From Candidatus Krumholzibacteriia bacterium (GTDB lineage: Bacteria > Krumholzibacteriota > Krumholzibacteriia > Krumholzibacteriales > Krumholzibacteriaceae): a stretch of 64,000 nucleotides of DNA. Under the pieces are notes generated by a model. That model saw nothing but the letters and a program-made list of their open reading frames with translations, ran no database searches and was not told the DNA's origin. Made by a program: the position numbers and the translations under genes. The stretch spans positions 416,001 to 480,000 of the forward strand of contig CAWIIQ010000001.1 in NCBI GenBank assembly GCA_963836185.1, read 5' to 3'. Position 1 is the stretch's first letter. Every line of letters begins with the position of its first letter. Below are positions 7,998 to 19,357 of the stretch, piece after piece.

Positions 7998-10637
7998 ATG
8001 CGCGCAAGAGTATTCTTGTCGATCCTGGTGTCTGTTCTTCTGTCAAGCCAGGCTTCCGTGGCAGATATCTGGATCGTTAAAGATGACGGTTCAGGTGACG
8101 CAGTCAACATCCAGGCAGGAATAGATTCCTGCGCAGTCGGTGACACAGTTCTTGTGTATCCTGGAACCTACTCTGGATACGGTAATCGAGAGCTGGAATT
8201 CCGTGGAAAAGCAATAACAGTGATTTCATCAAGAAGTTACGATGCTGGAGTGACTTCCTGGTCGACTATAGAAGGTGAAGCATACCGTGCTTTTTACCTC
8301 CAGCAGTACGAAGACACGAATTCGGTAATAGATGGATTTGAGATCAGCACCAATACTTTGAATACTCCAGGCATTCATTGTCTTATCTCTTCGCCGAAGA
8401 TAAAAAACTGCTGGATTCACGGGACCAGTCCTGCCATCAGGGCTGATTCATCCTCGATGATCGTCGAATATACGGATATTACTTCTTTTTCCGGGCTTTC
8501 TGGAACAGGGATAGAATGTTCCGCATCATCGATGCCGATCATCAGGCATAATTCGATCAGTGGAAGTAACGAAAACAGCGGTGGAATCTGGCTCAAGTCG
8601 GGAACCTCAGCAACGATATTCGGCAATACTATTGAAATCGACGGCGGGGATTTCGGCTCGGGGATATACATCACTGATTCCTCGGCAGATATTTACGATA
8701 ATGATTTTGGACCGATCCGCGGGCTAGTCGGGAACTGCATTTATGCGGATGACTCGGATATCGTCATTACGAATAATGTTTTTCATGGTAGCGGAGGCGG
8801 GGCTAATTATACTTTAGGTTCGGGGCTCTATTGTGATAACACGACCGTGAATATGTCAGGAAACGATCTCTACGACAATGATGCTGGATTCAGTTATTGC
8901 ATCTATATCAGGAATTCTCCATACAGCAGTATTGTCGATAACAACATCACGTCCAACTATTCCGGTGGAATCTACTTTTCCGGAGATTTATCCAGCGTTA
9001 TCAGCGGAAACCTGATAGAGGACAATACCGAGATGGCCGGTATAAGCTGTCATTCCTCAATACAGATCAGCAATAATGTCATCATAGGGAACAATATCCA
9101 TCGCGCTGAGCCCTCATCGAACAGTTGTGGCATTATCTGCGATTCGTGCTCGCCGACAATAGAGTACAACATAATCGCGGGAAATTACGGATATGACGGA
9201 GGTGGTATCTACTGTGAAGACGCCAACCCGAATTTATATCGCAATACGATATACGGAAACAGAGCAAGGCGCGGAGTAGGGATATTCTGTGATTCGTCGT
9301 CAGATCCGACCATTCTGAGTACTGTAATATCCAGCAACACGAGGTTCGATCCGGCATTTGAAGGTGGTGGTATATACGTTGAATCATCGGGTCCCTCCGT
9401 AGATCCACCCGTTGATTGCAGCAACGTCTGGGGCAATGAAGGAGCCAACTATATCGGAATGACGGATCCGACTGGATCTGACGGCAACATATCTTCCAAT
9501 CCTCACTACTGCAACTCGAGCGGCGACGATTTTACGCTAAGAGCCAATTCGCCATGTCTTCCGGAAAATCATCCGGATGGATATACATGCAGTGTGATCG
9601 GCGCGAAGGATATGGGATGCGCTGCAATCGGTGCTGCAATGATTGCAGCCTTACATGATCTCCTGAACGATCAGGGACGGATGCTCCGTATCCGCTGGTT
9701 CAGGAGCGAATACGATGTGTCAGGATCTAATTTGCCTATATTGACTTATGAGATCTACAGGCGGATAGACGATCTTCCATCCCAACTCGCTCATGCTGAG
9801 GGCGGGAATGTATTGAAGTCAGTCTCGGGACCAGCCTATCCACCGGGGGACTGGGACTTTGTGATGGATGTTCCCGCGCACGGAGAGGACGAATACAACT
9901 TGGTCGTGCCCACACTCGAGGATTCATGTGCATACAACGATACGACCATGGCGGGAGACCCTCTTTACTATTCTGTTTTTTTTATAAGAGCAACGACATC
10001 GGACCCGACGTTATTCATAGATTCTCTGCCTGACAGCGGATACTCGGTCGATAATCTGGCGCCTGCGGTACCGGGTGGACTGTCTGTGGCATATAACACG
10101 GGTAGTGGAAATCAGATCGACTGGGAGGAAAGCACTGAAGAGGATTTTGGGTATTTCAGGATCTACAGGGGTGAGGCAGAGGACTTTATATGTGGACCCG
10201 GGAATCTCGCTCATTCAACCACCGGGACAGACTGGCTGGATGATACAGAACAGGGATGGCGCTATTACTATAAGGTCACGGCAATCGATCTCAACGGCAA
10301 TGAGGGTGACCCCGCCTCCGCTACTATAGTGACAGGCGCTGACCTGCCGGTGGTCCCGACGGAGTTCATGCTCTACCAGAACGCTCCGAATCCGTTCAAT
10401 CCTGTAACCAGGATAATGTTCGATCTTCCACATGCGTCTCATGTGAAGCTCTGCGTCTATAACATAAAGGGAGAGCTGATCTCGACGATCGTGGACGGCC
10501 ACATGGCTGAGGGACGAAAAGAAGTGACCTGGTCGGCTGCGGACAATGGGGGGAGAAGAGTGGCGAGCGGAGTGTACTTCTACCGCCTGGTTGCCGGCAG
10601 ATTCATCGAGACCCGGAAAATGGTGCTGTTGAGATAA
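7998..10637 (+). CDS. Secreted right-handed beta-helix (pectin-lyase-like/NosD-like) protein with NDQG module, Fn3-like and FlgD/T9SS-like tail
   Basis: Signal peptide, IQAGID..GDTVLVYPGTY, repeated GGGIYC/N-I-x-x-N turns, and tail QNAPNPFNP...SGVYFYRL...RKMVLLR. Confidence 0.85.
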   Translation: MRARVFLSILVSVLLSSQASVADIWIVKDDGSGDAVNIQAGIDSCAVGDTVLVYPGTYSGYGNRELEFRGKAITVISSRSYDAGVTSWSTIEGEAYRAFYLQQYEDTNSVIDGFEISTNTLNTPGIHCLISSPKIKNCWIHGTSPAIRADSSSMIVEYTDITSFSGLSGTGIECSASSMPIIRHNSISGSNENSGGIWLKSGTSATIFGNTIEIDGGDFGSGIYITDSSADIYDNDFGPIRGLVGNCIYADDSDIVITNNVFHGSGGGANYTLGSGLYCDNTTVNMSGNDLYDNDAGFSYCIYIRNSPYSSIVDNNITSNYSGGIYFSGDLSSVISGNLIEDNTEMAGISCHSSIQISNNVIIGNNIHRAEPSSNSCGIICDSCSPTIEYNIIAGNYGYDGGGIYCEDANPNLYRNTIYGNRARRGVGIFCDSSSDPTILSTVISSNTRFDPAFEGGGIYVESSGPSVDPPVDCSNVWGNEGANYIGMTDPTGSDGNISSNPHYCNSSGDDFTLRANSPCLPENHPDGYTCSVIGAKDMGCAAIGAAMIAALHDLLNDQGRMLRIRWFRSEYDVSGSNLPILTYEIYRRIDDLPSQLAHAEGGNVLKSVSGPAYPPGDWDFVMDVPAHGEDEYNLVVPTLEDSCAYNDTTMAGDPLYYSVFFIRATTSDPTLFIDSLPDSGYSVDNLAPAVPGGLSVAYNTGSGNQIDWEESTEEDFGYFRIYRGEAEDFICGPGNLAHSTTGTDWLDDTEQGWRYYYKVTAIDLNGNEGDPASATIVTGADLPVVPTEFMLYQNAPNPFNPVTRIMFDLPHASHVKLCVYNIKGELISTIVDGHMAEGRKEVTWSAADNGGRRVASGVYFYRLVAGRFIETRKMVLLR

Positions 10638-10641
10638 CAAT

Positions 10642-10881
10642 GGCAATCCGGATGTCTTCCAGGAGAATGAGAAGGGTCAGGCGGCTTTCGTCGTCCTTGA
10701 CGATGATGGCTGGAAGATCGCCGGCTCGGCCAACCCTCCGTGGGGCTGGGAGGACATCGACGATCGTCACGACTGCGGGATGATCGCGCTGGACCCGGCG
10801 AGGCTCGTCCATGATTATCTGGGCGGCTTTCCCGAATTCAGCCTCGAATATATACGTAATCCATTTATCGACTCAGGGTGA
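10642..10881 (+). repeat. Direct repeat copy 2: orphan 3' end of NPP1/Vps62-like gene
   Basis: Reads GNPDVFQENEKGQAAFVVLDDDGWKIAGSANPPWGWEDIDDRHDCGMIALDPARLVHDYLGGFPEFSLEYIRNPFIDSG*, 2999 bp downstream of copy 1. Confidence 0.95.
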
Positions 10882-10901
10882 CCGCGTGTTATAATCGGCC
10901 T

Positions 10902-11362
10902 ATGACAAAAACAACAGATGAAGATCGTCTGAGGAAGACGATCCGCGGACTGCTCGAGTCACAGTACTTTGCCGTACTCTGCACGAAGGGCGAGACGCAT
11001 CCTTACTGTTCGCTGGTGGGATTCGCGGCTACCCCGGATATGAGCCACATAGTCTTCGCCACAATGAAGGACACGAGAAAGTTCAGAAATCTGTCCGCGG
11101 AGGCACGCGTCTCGCTTCTGATAGACAGCAGGACGAACCGGTCGAGGACCTCAAGGACGCCAGCGCGCTGACAGTGCTCGGAGAAGTGTGTGCCGTGGAG
11201 AACGCCGCTGGATGGAGAGCACAGGGACGCTCTATCTCGAAAGGCACCCGCACCTGGTTCCGTTCCTTGCCGATCCCAACACGGTCATAATCTGCGTGAA
11301 GGTCTCGAAGCTATATAGTCGTATCAAGGTTCCAGGAAGTCTTCGAGCTGGAAATCGAATGA
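10902..11362 (+). CDS. Pyridoxamine 5'-phosphate oxidase-like (split-barrel flavin-binding) protein, frameshifted
   Basis: FAVLCT..HPYCSLVGF...VFATMKDTRKFRNL..RVSLLID; continues in other frames (YLERHPHL..FL.DP; SRFQEVFEL*). Confidence 0.7.
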
Positions 11363-13539
11363 ATCCGTTCACAGTGCAATTGAGCGTCGGCATCGAAGAA
11401 GCCGCGCTATCTGCGGCGGCAAGGCTGCTGCGCTCTCTGAGATGATGGAGAGCGGCCTTCGTGTTCCTGGCGGATTCTGCGTAACCGCCGACGCCTACGA
11501 GTATTTCATAGAGGAGACCGGCCTTCGCGGCCGCATAGCGATGGAGCTGGGCCGTAAGCGCCTCGAGGAGATGCGCTGGGAGGAGATGTGGGACGCTGCC
11601 CTCCGTATAAGGAACATGTTTCTTGCTGCTTATATGCCCGATGAAGTCGGCCGTCGCCATCAGAAAGGCTGCGGCCGGTCAGTGGCTGTCCGAGGCGCCT
11701 GTGGCAGTGCGCTCGGCGTCCCTCGCCGAGGACAGCGCGGAGACCTCATTCGCGGGACTCCACGAGTCGTTCCTCAATGTGACGCGGTGAAGAGGAAATC
11801 CTCAAGCACGTCAGGCTCGTGTGGTCATCGCTCTGGTCTGACGCGGCGCTTTCTTACAGCAGGGAGCTCTCCCTGGACCCCGGCACGAGCAGCATGGCCG
11901 TGATAGTCCAGGAGATGGTTTTCGGAGAGAGGTCCGGGGTGGCTTTCGGCGTCGATCCGCAGAACAGCAGGCGGGCCGTCATCGAGGCGGTCTACGGCCT
12001 CAACAAGGGACTCGTCGACGGGGACGTCGAAGCCGACCGCTGGACGGTCGACAGGTCGAGCGGAAAGGCCCGGCAGATCACATGGCGCGTCACGAGTAGG
12101 CGCAGTCCGTCAGGGAGCGGAGTCCGGCTGGAATCTCTCGACAGGAGTACTTCGACAGGCCGGTTCTCGATGAGAGGGACGTATTGGAGGTCTTTTCCGC
12201 CCTGATGAAGGCGGAGGAGCTGTTCGGGGCGCCGCAGGACATGGAGTGGACGATAAGGAGGCGAAGATCTCTATATCCTGCAGGCTCGCCCGATCACGAC
12301 GGTGCAGTCCGCGGATGCTGATGAGAGACGATCGTACGACCTGAGCCTTCGAAGGAGCTTTCGCCAATCTCAAGGATATCGGAGAAAGGATAGTCAGCGA
12401 ATACCTGCCCGCCATGGAAACCGAGGCGGCCGAGGCCGCCGGGAAGGACCTCGGCAGCATGGATGACGAAGAGCTCTCGTCAGAGATCGAGAGCCGCAAT
12501 GAGGCGATGGAGCGCTGGCAAAAGGTCTACTGGGAGGATTTCATCCCGTTCGCCCACGGAGTTCGTCTGTTCGGGCAAGTCTACAATGACAGGCACAACC
12601 CGGAGGATCCATTCGAATTTATCGATCTTCTTGCCGCCGTTCCGCTGAAGAGCATGGAGCGCAACAGGAAACTCGCCGACCTGGCCTCGATGATCGCAAG
12701 GGCCAGCGGACTGGAGGGAATCGAGAAGGAGAAAGCCGAGGATGATATCGAGCAAAGCCTCGAATCGCTGGTCGGGGAGTTCGCCGGTCTCTCCTGCAGC
12801 ATGGCCGCCTGCGACGATGAGAAGGAATCACTCCGTTCGATCGCGGCTGAGATGTCCGGCATTGAAAGACCGGGAAACAGGAATAGACGAGGACAGGGTC
12901 GGGATACTCGAGAAGAGAGTGGTTCGCGTCCTTCGAGGATGAAGAGCGGATCATGCCTCCGAACTGCTCGAACTGGGGCGCGAGAGCTACCGGCTTCGGG
13001 ACGACGATAATATCTACCTCGGCAGGTTCGAGTCCAACCTTACGCGGGCGATGGAGGAGTCGAGGAGCAAGGCTCGGCGAGAGGTGCGATCGGCGAGTAC
13101 GCCTGCACCGATGCGGAGGAGGTCATAAGGGCGCTGCGGTTTTCCGATTATATTCCTGAATCCGCAGGGACAGGAGCCCGAGGCAAAGGACAGATACAGT
13201 GCTGCTCGCCCGCCAGCTGAGGGGCCAGCCCGCCGGAGCCGGTATCGCCAGGGGTAAAGGCAAGGGTCATCGGGAATATCGTCTGATCTCTTCAAGGTCA
13301 AAAGGGGGGAGATCCTCGTCTGCGACTCGATAGATCCCAACATGACCTTCGTGGTGCCTCTTGTCTCTGCGATAGTCGAGCGGCGAGGCGGCATGCTTAT
13401 TCACGGGGCGATCATCGCCCGCGAGTACGGGCTGCCATGCGTCACGGGCGTACCCGAAGCGACGAGATACATCAGGTCGGGAGTCACGATCACAGTCGAC
13501 GGTTACTACGGCCTTGTTATAATCCACGATGGTGATTGA
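11359..13539 (+). CDS. PEP/pyruvate-binding + PEP-utilising swivel-domain enzyme (PEP synthase/rifampin phosphotransferase-like), multiply frameshifted
   Basis: GLRVPGGFCVT, EDS..TSFAGLHES, MAVIVQEMV..SGVAF, PQDMEW, and GGMLIHGAIIAREYGLPCV (phospho-His). ATG overlaps the upstream TGA. Confidence 0.75.
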
Positions 13540-13573
13540 TCGAAGTTCCGTTATTCATTCAGTGACCTGACAT

Positions 13574-13605
13574 AAAAAGCGGGAGAGGCCTGGGCCCCTC
13601 CCGCT
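13574..13605. terminator. Hairpin between convergent genes
   Basis: AAAAAGCGGGAGAGGCC-TG-GGCCCCTCCCGCT, with a U-tract on the minus strand. Confidence 0.7.
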
Positions 13606-13630
13606 ATGAAAGCGATCCTGCATTCGCTGG

Positions 13631-16600
13631 TTATCTCACTACGATCATCTTTTTCGTAGCGAAGTATTCTCCGGCTCTCAGCCTGTAGAAGTAAATCCCC
13701 GAAGCGATATTAAATGCCTCGAAGCTCACATCATGTCGCCCGGCCGAACGAGGTCCGTTGACGAGGGTCGCAATCTCTCGTCCCGACACATCGTATACCT
13801 TGAGGGATACGTTCTGAGAGGTTGGGAGAGTGAACGAGATCGTCGTAACGGGATTGAACGGGTTCGGGTGGTTCTGATCGAGCCCGTACGTCTCGGCAAT
13901 GGGCATGTCCTGCTCCTGCTCGGGCTTCTTCATCTTTTCGACGAGCGCCTCAGCGTCAGCCTTGCTGCAGTAGATCTTCGGGAACTCTACGACCGCGCCG
14001 TTCGGCAGGGCCGCGAAGAGCCCGAAGCCCTCTCCGTTCTGGTTGGACGCAGGATCGACGAATCCGCTGGCGAATACGACCGCCGCGCCTCCGTCGAGAC
14101 CTGTGAGGTCTATCTCGTAAAGCCCGACCACAGTGAAATCCCAGTCCCAGATACCCGAATAGTTCGCCAGAACCAGCGCCTTGTTCATCTTCGGCTTCAG
14201 CGATTCGTAATCAGTCATGTCGCCGTACTTGGCGTCATCGACAACAAGCTGGCCGAAGAAGACGTATACGTCGACCATCGGCGCGTCGGTCGCTCCGTGA
14301 AGCGTGAAGAACTCGACCTTCGACGGATCCATAGCGGCCTCGCGCGCTCCAGCCTTGGCGAAGAGTGTGAAGCCGATGTCGCGCCCGTCGGGATTGGCAG
14401 CGAACATCGCCGGATCGAGCACTCCGTTGGCGACGACCGCGTAGGTCTCGTCTGCCATCAGAGTCACCGGGAAGGTTGCGATTATGTCGCCCGCTCCCGT
14501 GCTCGTTCCCGGAGCGACTCCGATAACTAGCTCCACTTCGGCGGGTACGTCGATATACGGCGTGGCCGTGCGGAATGCGAAGTCATCGAGCTCCAGATTG
14601 CCGTTGATGTAGATATCGACCTCGGCAGCGCCCGGATCGGCCGCGTTATGGATCACCTGAAGGCGCGCCATGGCCATAGGCGGATCTGCGGGAGGGAATT
14701 CGACGACCGCGCCGTTCAGGCAGGGCCGCGAAGAGCCCGAAGGCCGCTCCGCCCTGGTTGTCGCCAGGTGTGAGGAACCCGCTGGCGAAAACTACAGCGG
14801 CTCCGCCGGCGAGACCGGATAGGTCGGCCTCGAAGGAGGCGACGATAGTCGAATTGTCGTCACCGGGTGTCACATCGAGGATGTAACTTGCCGGCGGAAC
14901 CGGAATATAACCTGTCATGTCGCCGTAGGCGGCGTTGTCGACGAGTGTCGCCACGCCGCGCGCGATCACGTCTACGGTCGGAGCGTCGGTCGCTCCGTGA
15001 AGCGCGAAGAACTCGACCATCGACATGTCCATCGCCGCTTCTCTGGCTCCAGCCTTGGCGAAGAGCGTAAACGCGATATCCAGCCCGTCAGGGTTGGCAG
15101 CGAACATCGTCGGATCGAGCACACCGTTGGCGATGACAGCGTAAGTCTCGTCTGCCATCAGAGTCACCGGGAAGGTGGCGAGGATATCGCCGGGGCCGGT
15201 GCTCGTGCCGGGAGCTACGCCGATAACGAGCTCTACGTTGGCCGGTACGTCAAGGTACTCCGTAGCTGTGCGGAACGCGAAGTCGTCCTTGAACAGGGCG
15301 TCGTTGACGTAGATGTCTACCACAGCAGCGCCCGGATCGGCCGCGTTATGGATCACCTGGAGGCGGGCCGTCGTCAGCGCGGGGAACTCTACGACCGCGC
15401 CGTTCAGGCAGGGCCGCGAAGAGCCCGAAGGCCGCTCCGCCCTGGTTGTCGGCGGGTGTGAGGAACCCGCTTGCGAACACGACTGCCGCTCCACCGGCCA
15501 GGCCGCTGAGATCGGCCTCGAACGAGGCAACTACCGTCGCGTTGTCGTCACCCGGAGTCACATCGAGGATGTAACTTGCCGGCGGAACCGGAATATAACC
15601 GGTCATGTCGCCGTAGGCCGCGTTATCGACCAGAGTGGCGACGCCGCGGGCGATGACATCTACGGTCGGCGCGTCGGTCGCTCCGTGAAGCGCGAAGAAC
15701 TCGACCATCGACATGTCCATCGCCGCTTCTCTGCGCTCCAGCCTTGGCGAAGAGCGTAAACGCGATATCCAGCCCGTCAGGGTTGGCAGCGAACATCGTC
15801 GGATCGAGCACACCGTTGGCGATGACAGCGTAGGTCTCGCCGGCCATCAGAGTCACCGGGAAGGTGGCGATGATATCGCCGGGGCCGGTGCTCGTGCCGG
15901 GGGCTACGCCGATAACGAGCTCTACGTTGGCCGGTACGTCAAGGTACTCCGTAGCTGTGCGGAACGCGAAGTCGTCCTTGAACAGGGCGTCGTTGACGTA
16001 GATGTCTACCACAGCAGCGCCCGGATCGGCCGCGTTATGGATCACCTGGAGGCGGGCCGTCGTCAGTGCCGGGAACTCTACGACCGCGCCGTTCGGCAGG
16101 GCCGCGAAGAGCCCGAAGGCCGCTCCGCCCTGGTTGTCGGCGGGTGTGAGGAACCCGCTGGCGAACACGACTGCCGCTCCACCGGCCAGGCCGGTGAGAT
16201 CGGCCTCGAACGAGGCAACTACCGTCGCGTTGTCGTCACCGGGTGTCACATCGAGGATGTAACTTGCCGGCGGTACCGGAATATAACCGGTCATGTCGCC
16301 GTAGGCCGCGTTATCGACCAGAGTCGCCACGCCGCGGGCGATCACGTCTACCGTCGGAGCGTCGGTCGCTCCGTGAAGCGCGAAGAACTCGACCATCGAC
16401 ATGTCCATCGCCGCTTCTCTGCGCTCCAGCCTTGGCGAAGAGCGTAAACGCGATATCCAGGCCGTCAGGGTTGGCGGCGAACATCGTCGGATCGAGCACA
16501 CCGTTGGCGATGACCGCGTAGGTCTCGTCTGCCATCAGAGTCACCGGGAAGGTGGCGATGATGTCGCCGGGGCCGGTGCTCGTGCCGGGAGCTACGCCGA

Positions 16601-17471
16601 TAACGAGCTCTACGTTGGCCGGTACGTCAAGGTACTCCGTAGCTGTGCGGAACGCGAAGTCGTCCTTGAACAGGGCGTCGTTGACGTAGATGTCTACCAC
16701 AGCAGCGCCCGGATCGGCCGCGTTATGGATCACCTGGAGGCGGGCCGTCGTCGGCATCGGAGGCTCGGGCAGGGTGCCATAGAGCTTTATCTGGCCGCGG
16801 ATCTCGCCCGAGATGTAGTCGCCAGGTCCCGTATTGTCTCCGTCCAGTCCGTCGTCGGTATGGACGTTTACATACGCGTCTCCCGAGGCTAGAGCGTCGA
16901 TGAGTGCCTTAAGCGGCTGGCCAGCGAGCGGTCCCATGAGATCATCAGCTGTCACGACACCTTCTTCATAGGTGCATCTCTGCCAGCCGCCACCCGGTTC
17001 CATCGGTCCGTAAAGGGTCGCTACCGGGGGACCGTTCTCTCCTCTTTTACCGAGGTGAATATGGGCGGCTACGATGTTCTCGAACATCCACAGGTACATC
17101 CTGAAGTGCAGTTCCATGTAACCTTCATCGATCTGAGCGAGGAAGATACCTTTCGACATGGACTTGTTGGGAGGCACCTCCTGTTTGCCGCTCATCCAGG
17201 CGTAGAAAAGATGCTTCGGATGGTGTCCACCCGTCATCAGCATCTGCCTGCCGCTTGATTTGGCAGGATCGTTATCCCTCTTGGAATATAGGTCAAGGAC
17301 GTCGCCGACAACGGGTTCGTTTTCGAAATTATCGCTCCATGTCTTCTCCCACTCGGAGACCTTGGAACCCTTGTCGATCTGTAATTCCCCTCCATCGTTG
17401 CTCTGACCGGCAGCGCCAGTCGCGAACATCATTGAAAGGGACAGCAGAACCAGTAGTAGTTTGGTTCTCAT
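13631..17471 (-). CDS. Secreted CHRD + tandem DUF4397-repeat protein with FlgD/T9SS-like tail (four +1 indels)
   Basis: SD AAGGAGG before MRTKLLLVLL signal peptide. CHRD motifs (AAHIHLGKRGENGP; AYVNVHT..GEIRGQI), four ARLQVIHNAADP units, and tail QNHPNPFNP...ASGIYFYRL. Confidence 0.8.
14651..16750. repeat. Three near-identical ~688 bp intragenic tandem repeats (a fourth diverged copy runs to ~13975)
   Basis: Anchor GATCACCTG at 14651, 15351, 16040 and 16728. Confidence 0.95.
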
Positions 17472-17539
17472 TATTTCCTCCTTTGCTGATACTGCTGTAT
17501 TTATCTCTTTACGCTGATTTAGCATTATTTATCTGTCGC

Positions 17540-18967
17540 TTACGGATTCGGCATAACCTCGAACCCGATCCATGGGAATGTCACCGTATCCACGATGAAC
17601 AGGCGGAATCCGTTTCCGTTGACCGGCGGATTCGCCGCCGAACCCATTGCCACGGCAAACAGCCTGTTACCGGCGGCGGGGCCGACCTCGAACGTGAACA
17701 GTGGTGTCGTCTGACCTGTCAATGCCACACCGATATCATAGGTGCCTGCGGGAACCACTGTTCCGGCACCGGTCGAAGACTCCGTGAAATCGACATCAGT
17801 GAAATCGGGAATCGGTGTCAGGACATTGAGTGAAACGGTACCGATGTCGACAGCGGGAGCGTCAGGAGAGGCATGAACGGCTCTTACGAGGGGATCCGTG
17901 CCTCCCAGAGTAAAGGCGTCACCGACCGGGATAAGCTGGAAATCGGGAGGACCCTCACTGAGGAATCCTGAGGCGATGGCGAGGTAGCGTTCTCCAGCGG
18001 CCAGCGCGGGTGTCGTCGCCGAAGCGGAGGTCACTCCGCTGCCCGTAGCCTGGAAATCGAGCGTGTAGGCGCCCGGTGGTACCTGGACCAGGGAGCTGAG
18101 CTCACCGAATCCGAGGCTCTCCACGAGTATGGTCCCTCCCGTAACGATATCTACCGCGGGTGCGTCCGGAGATGCATGCAGTGCGAATACGGAGGGATTC
18201 TGCTTGATGAAACCGATAGAGCCAGTCGGTGCGACGGCGAGAAGGGTGAATCCGTCGTCCTCGCGCGGCAGCTTGCTCAAGAGCCCCGTAGCGATAACGA
18301 AGAGCTCTCCGCCCTCGGGAAGGGACGGGGTTGTAAATACCGTTACCCTGCCAAGAGGATTGCCGGCCCATATAGCTATCTGCAGCGCGGTGCCGGACGG
18401 AAGAGGCACACCTGCAACGCCTGTATCATCGAAGCGGGCAAAATCAAGTATCTCGGGATTGGCGTCGTTGCCGACGTCGATCGCGACCGTCGGAGCGTCA
18501 GCTGAGCCGTGGATGATCCTGACAGCGGCGTTGCCGGCGCCCGGATCGGCAAAGTCTTCCATAAGAGGCAGGACGCGGAACTTGTCGTCGGCATCCATAC
18601 TGCTGAAAAGTCCGACGGCGAGAGCCGTGTACTTGTCTTCATCATCTATAGTGAGGTCACCGGTCTCATATACAGGAGCCGAGCCGGGATCGGCACCCGC
18701 ACCGCGCAGCTGTATGTTGTATGTGCCGGCGTCAAGGTCGAGATAGTCGCTCGTCTCACCATACTCGAGGTCGGTGATCAGAGCGCCCGAGACTCCCTCA
18801 GCGTAGATGTCTACGGACGGCGCGTCAGGCGATGCGTGGATTACTCTCAGCATGGCGCCAGAACCCATTTCTGGCTCGACGATCGTCTCATCATCATCGC
18901 AACCGACGATGAAGGTCGACAGGGCGATCATTACTATCAATGACAGAATACTCTTTTTCCAATTCAT
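17540..18967 (-). CDS. DUF4397 lipoprotein
   Basis: Lipobox IVGC and four H(A/G)S(P/A)DAP.VDI repeats. Confidence 0.85.
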   Translation of the reverse strand: MNWKKSILSLIVMIALSTFIVGCDDDETIVEPEMGSGAMLRVIHASPDAPSVDIYAEGVSGALITDLEYGETSDYLDLDAGTYNIQLRGAGADPGSAPVYETGDLTIDDEDKYTALAVGLFSSMDADDKFRVLPLMEDFADPGAGNAAVRIIHGSADAPTVAIDVGNDANPEILDFARFDDTGVAGVPLPSGTALQIAIWAGNPLGRVTVFTTPSLPEGGELFVIATGLLSKLPREDDGFTLLAVAPTGSIGFIKQNPSVFALHASPDAPAVDIVTGGTILVESLGFGELSSLVQVPPGAYTLDFQATGSGVTSASATTPALAAGERYLAIASGFLSEGPPDFQLIPVGDAFTLGGTDPLVRAVHASPDAPAVDIGTVSLNVLTPIPDFTDVDFTESSTGAGTVVPAGTYDIGVALTGQTTPLFTFEVGPAAGNRLFAVAMGSAANPPVNGNGFRLFIVDTVTFPWIGFEVMPNP

Positions 18968-19152
18968 GATCAGGTTCCTTTAATTTTTCGATAGTCAGGA
19001 CAATGATTTAGCGAGATTCTTGAATGAACTTTACCCCCTTTTCTTAGATATACACGGCGGTTTCCGGATCGATTCTTATGGTTAGTTGACCCCGGTGGTT
19101 TCCGCCTATCTTATACATGCATGAATATTGGACGAATCGAGAATGATTGTAA

Positions 19153-19357
19153 ACTCGGTGAAATACGGGTTTTCACCCAATAAATTACCAGTATCAATTC
19201 TTGTATTTTTTTACTGCAGGGCATGAAATTGGGCAGAATCCCCCCAGCTAGCTCTTTAATCTTATTGATATTCCGTTGATCTGACAAGTCCAGTCCTTCA
19301 GGGCCTATTCAGGCAGCACTGGTATTTATATTTCCGTATACTGGTATTTCACCGAGT
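19153..19357. promoter_or_regulatory. Mirrored operator arrays in the divergent intergenic region
   Basis: Perfect 14-bp inverted repeat ACTCGGTGAAATAC (19153-19166) / GTATTTCACCGAGT (19344-19357). ACTGGTATTT direct repeat at 19318 and 19340, and related AAATTACCAGT at 19182. Confidence 0.6.

Noticed and set aside
7643-10881. DGR template/variable repeat pair
   Set aside because: Differences are not confined to adenines, many are synonymous, and no reverse transcriptase is present.
10900-13540. Programmed frameshifting or mass pseudogenisation
   Set aside because: Indels are scattered across many unrelated genes with otherwise intact motifs and no slippery-site pattern. Sequencing or assembly error is more parsimonious.
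14651-16750. CRISPR array or mobile-element repeat
   Set aside because: Units are ~688 bp coding repeats with no short repeat/unique spacer structure.
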